DNA from: an uncultured beta proteobacterium
GTDB lineage: Bacteria; Pseudomonadota; Gammaproteobacteria; Burkholderiales; Gallionellaceae
Length of the DNA: 64,000 nucleotides
Assembly (NCBI GenBank): GCA_963833515.1
Contig: CAWHYN010000024.1
Coordinates: 114,759-178,758, forward strand
Reading direction: 5' to 3'
In this document: positions 63,001 to 64,000 of the stretch, in pieces
How positions within the stretch are numbered: position 1 is the stretch's first letter
How the letters are laid out: each line of letters starts with the position of its first letter
Notes under the pieces: model-generated
Seen by the model: the letters and a program-made list of their open reading frames with translations, nothing else
Databases searched by the model: none
What the model was told of the DNA's origin: nothing
Made by a program: the position numbers and the translations under genes

Positions 63001-63190
63001 ATTGGGTCTGCCGCAACGTCTCGTTCTGCGCCTCCAACTCGGCCTGCTGGGCTCGGAGGTCCTGCCGAAGTTTCTCGGCCCCGTGGGGCGATCCTTCCGA
63101 AGTCGAAACCTGAGCAAGTTCTCGAACCTTTTTCTTGCGCAGAGAGGTTTGAGCATTCGGCTTTTTAGCCTGATCTGCCTTATTGCTCAC
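60026..63190 (-). CDS. PAS/PAS/GAF/PAS-GGDEF-EAL diguanylate cyclase/phosphodiesterase
   Basis: REGD I-site, RLGGDEF, EVLLRW, DDFGTGYSSL, AEGVET; 1054 aa. Confidence 0.95.
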   Translation of the reverse strand: MSNKADQAKKPNAQTSLRKKKVRELAQVSTSEGSPHGAEKLRQDLRAQQAELEAQNETLRQTQLSLEKSRDQYIDFYDFAPVGYLTLTDKGLISEINLTGAALLGMERAELLRQRLARFVVPRDSDRWHHYFVDIFRRDNKQSCELAFKSGDGSIFNAQLDCLLLSKKGKAPEMRIVLTDITERKRTEALLHESEATLRGIYEGTLDGIVLVNAKTMRHVTSNPAFSSMIGYSPEELTQLGVRDFHREQDLSHVIETFGKIFHGEIQLATDIPVKRKDGSVFYADVKSAHVNFGGVDYLLGNFRDITERKAGETKIQRLINLYSALNKCNQAILRCNGDAELFEQVCHDAVKFGGFKMAWIGLVDQANRMVKPTACYGIGTDYLEDIQISVNPDDHSRRGTTGVAILEDRPVWIQDFQKEPRLAPYHERGGRYGWASVASLPLHSNGEVIGALVLHAFATEAFDEAARNLLEGMATDISYALTRFALLGERKQAEDAMRIAAVTFETQEAILITSPDARILRVNQAFQNITGYSAAEVVGQNPRIFQSGRHDLAFYQAMWSALLNTGKWSGEVWDRRKDGSIYPKLMTITAVYDDNHRMTHYVAVFRDISNRKQSEQEINQLAFYDSLTTLPNRRLLMDRLQQAMAVGMRNGRHGALLFLDLDHFKTINDTQGHAMGDQLLIEAARRLQTCVREGDSVARLGGDEFVVVLEDLSANADEAASQTELVAEKIRSELGQPYRLHDYEGLYTVSIGITLFRGHLKSADDLLMHADVAMYQSKASGRNAIRFFDPQMQTALEARAALEADLRHALKDQQFLLYYQVQVDSQRRPLGGEVLLRWDHPEHGLILPMKFIPLAEETGLIVPIGLWVLQSACMQLREWQNDALTRDLTLAVNVSARQFRQADFVGQVQRVLLESGAKPSRLKLELTESTVLENVEDTISKMRDIKALGVSFSMDDFGTGYSSLQYLKRLPLDLIKIDRSFVRDIATDPNDASIVQTIIAMTETLGLNVIAEGVETEAQQEFLEMRGCHAFQGYLFGRPVPLDQFEQSLGKSP

Positions 63191-63622
63191 GATGACTCCA
63201 TCAATAGGTCATTACGGCACATGCTTGATTACCATATTGACCTTGATCCATTGGTCTTGCAGATTACATTAAATGGCTAAGCGGCCTCGGATATGCCGTT
63301 GCGAATAGCATATTATCAATGATGCCACCAAACACAATTTCTGCGCAATGCCTTTGATTGTCCGTCGCCATCGTTTCAACACCAATCGCTTTATCCTCTG
63401 AATTGAGATTTTGGGCACGAACCGAATCCCCACGGTATCGAGCTTGACGCGGGGAAACTGACCGTCGTCACACAGCGAAGATGGCTGACTGAAGACTATG
63501 AAATGAGCACTAAACACGTTAAATCGCAAGTTGCTGGGGTTTTTGGCAATACGGTGCCGCCGATTCCCTGAGTGAGGGGATTCGGGGTCGCTCGTTCTAT
63601 TCCGCCAATTCTCGAATAATTC

Positions 63623-64000
63623 CTAACCCTTCTCGATGAACTGCTCAAGATGCGCAAGAAAGGCGCGTGTCTTGGCGGGAAGATAACGGCGCATTGGCAT
63701 CACCGCCCAAGCGGGGATGGGGGGCAAGCACCATTCGGGCAATACCCGGACCAAGCGCTTGAGGCGAACATCTTCCAAGACGAAGCGATCGGGAAGGGCG
63801 CCGATACCAGCGCCGTCCAGCAATAGCTGCTGCATTACGTCTAGTGAATTCAGCGTGAGTCGGCCGGGTGGAACACCTTCCCACACAGCCTTACCGCGAG
63901 CTAGCTTCCATGGAATCGCACTTCCGCGTGCCGACAGCAAGCGAAGCGCCGCATGATGCTCCAGATCATGGGGATGTTTCGGCGGAGCATGAAGTGCGAG
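63623..64000 (-). CDS. LysR-family regulator, C-terminal part (5'-partial)
   Basis: PKHPHDLEHH, LDGAGIGALP, LVRVLPEW, YLPAKTRAFLAHL; the frame is open to the window end. Confidence 0.88.
   Translation of the reverse strand, partial: LALHAPPKHPHDLEHHAALRLLSARGSAIPWKLARGKAVWEGVPPGRLTLNSLDVMQQLLLDGAGIGALPDRFVLEDVRLKRLVRVLPEWCLPPIPAWAVMPMRRYLPAKTRAFLAHLEQFIEKG

Noticed and set aside
53195-63250. FNR-like sites near 53200 and at 63237-63250 (TTGACCTTGATCCA)
   Set aside because: Only 8/10 matches with no supporting promoter; too common to report as features.
1-64000. tRNA, rRNA, prophage or integrase genes
   Set aside because: No cloverleaf, rRNA signature or phage or integrase motif seen by eye; a covariance search was not possible.

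Overview
A 64-kb chromosomal segment from a GC-rich betaproteobacterium. The Nitrosomonadales/Gallionellaceae-like placement is my recall-based inference and was not searched. Intact housekeeping genes include ettA, tpx, ylqF, yaeQ and hemA-prfA-prmC. There is a GntR-regulated methylcitrate operon (prpBCDE) and a 1199-aa pyruvate:ferredoxin oxidoreductase. These are interleaved with accessory modules: three tandem TPR + GT41-like (OGT/SPINDLY-type) glycosyltransferase genes, two with near-identical blocks; two copies of a tnpB-only IS200/IS605 element (one near-complete with a 1-bp frameshift, one 413-bp remnant); a Fur-boxed cupredoxin/FTR1/outer-membrane-barrel iron-uptake operon; an MshEN-like-CheX plus CheY pair; two chemoreceptors; and c-di-GMP proteins. 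No rRNA, tRNA or CRISPR array was seen. The most unusual signals are the shared flank of the two tnpB insertions, a ~55-nt sRNA candidate carrying an anti-Shine-Dalgarno seed, a 40-aa small-protein transcription unit and the modular GT41 array. All product calls rest on motif recognition by eye; no database search was run.
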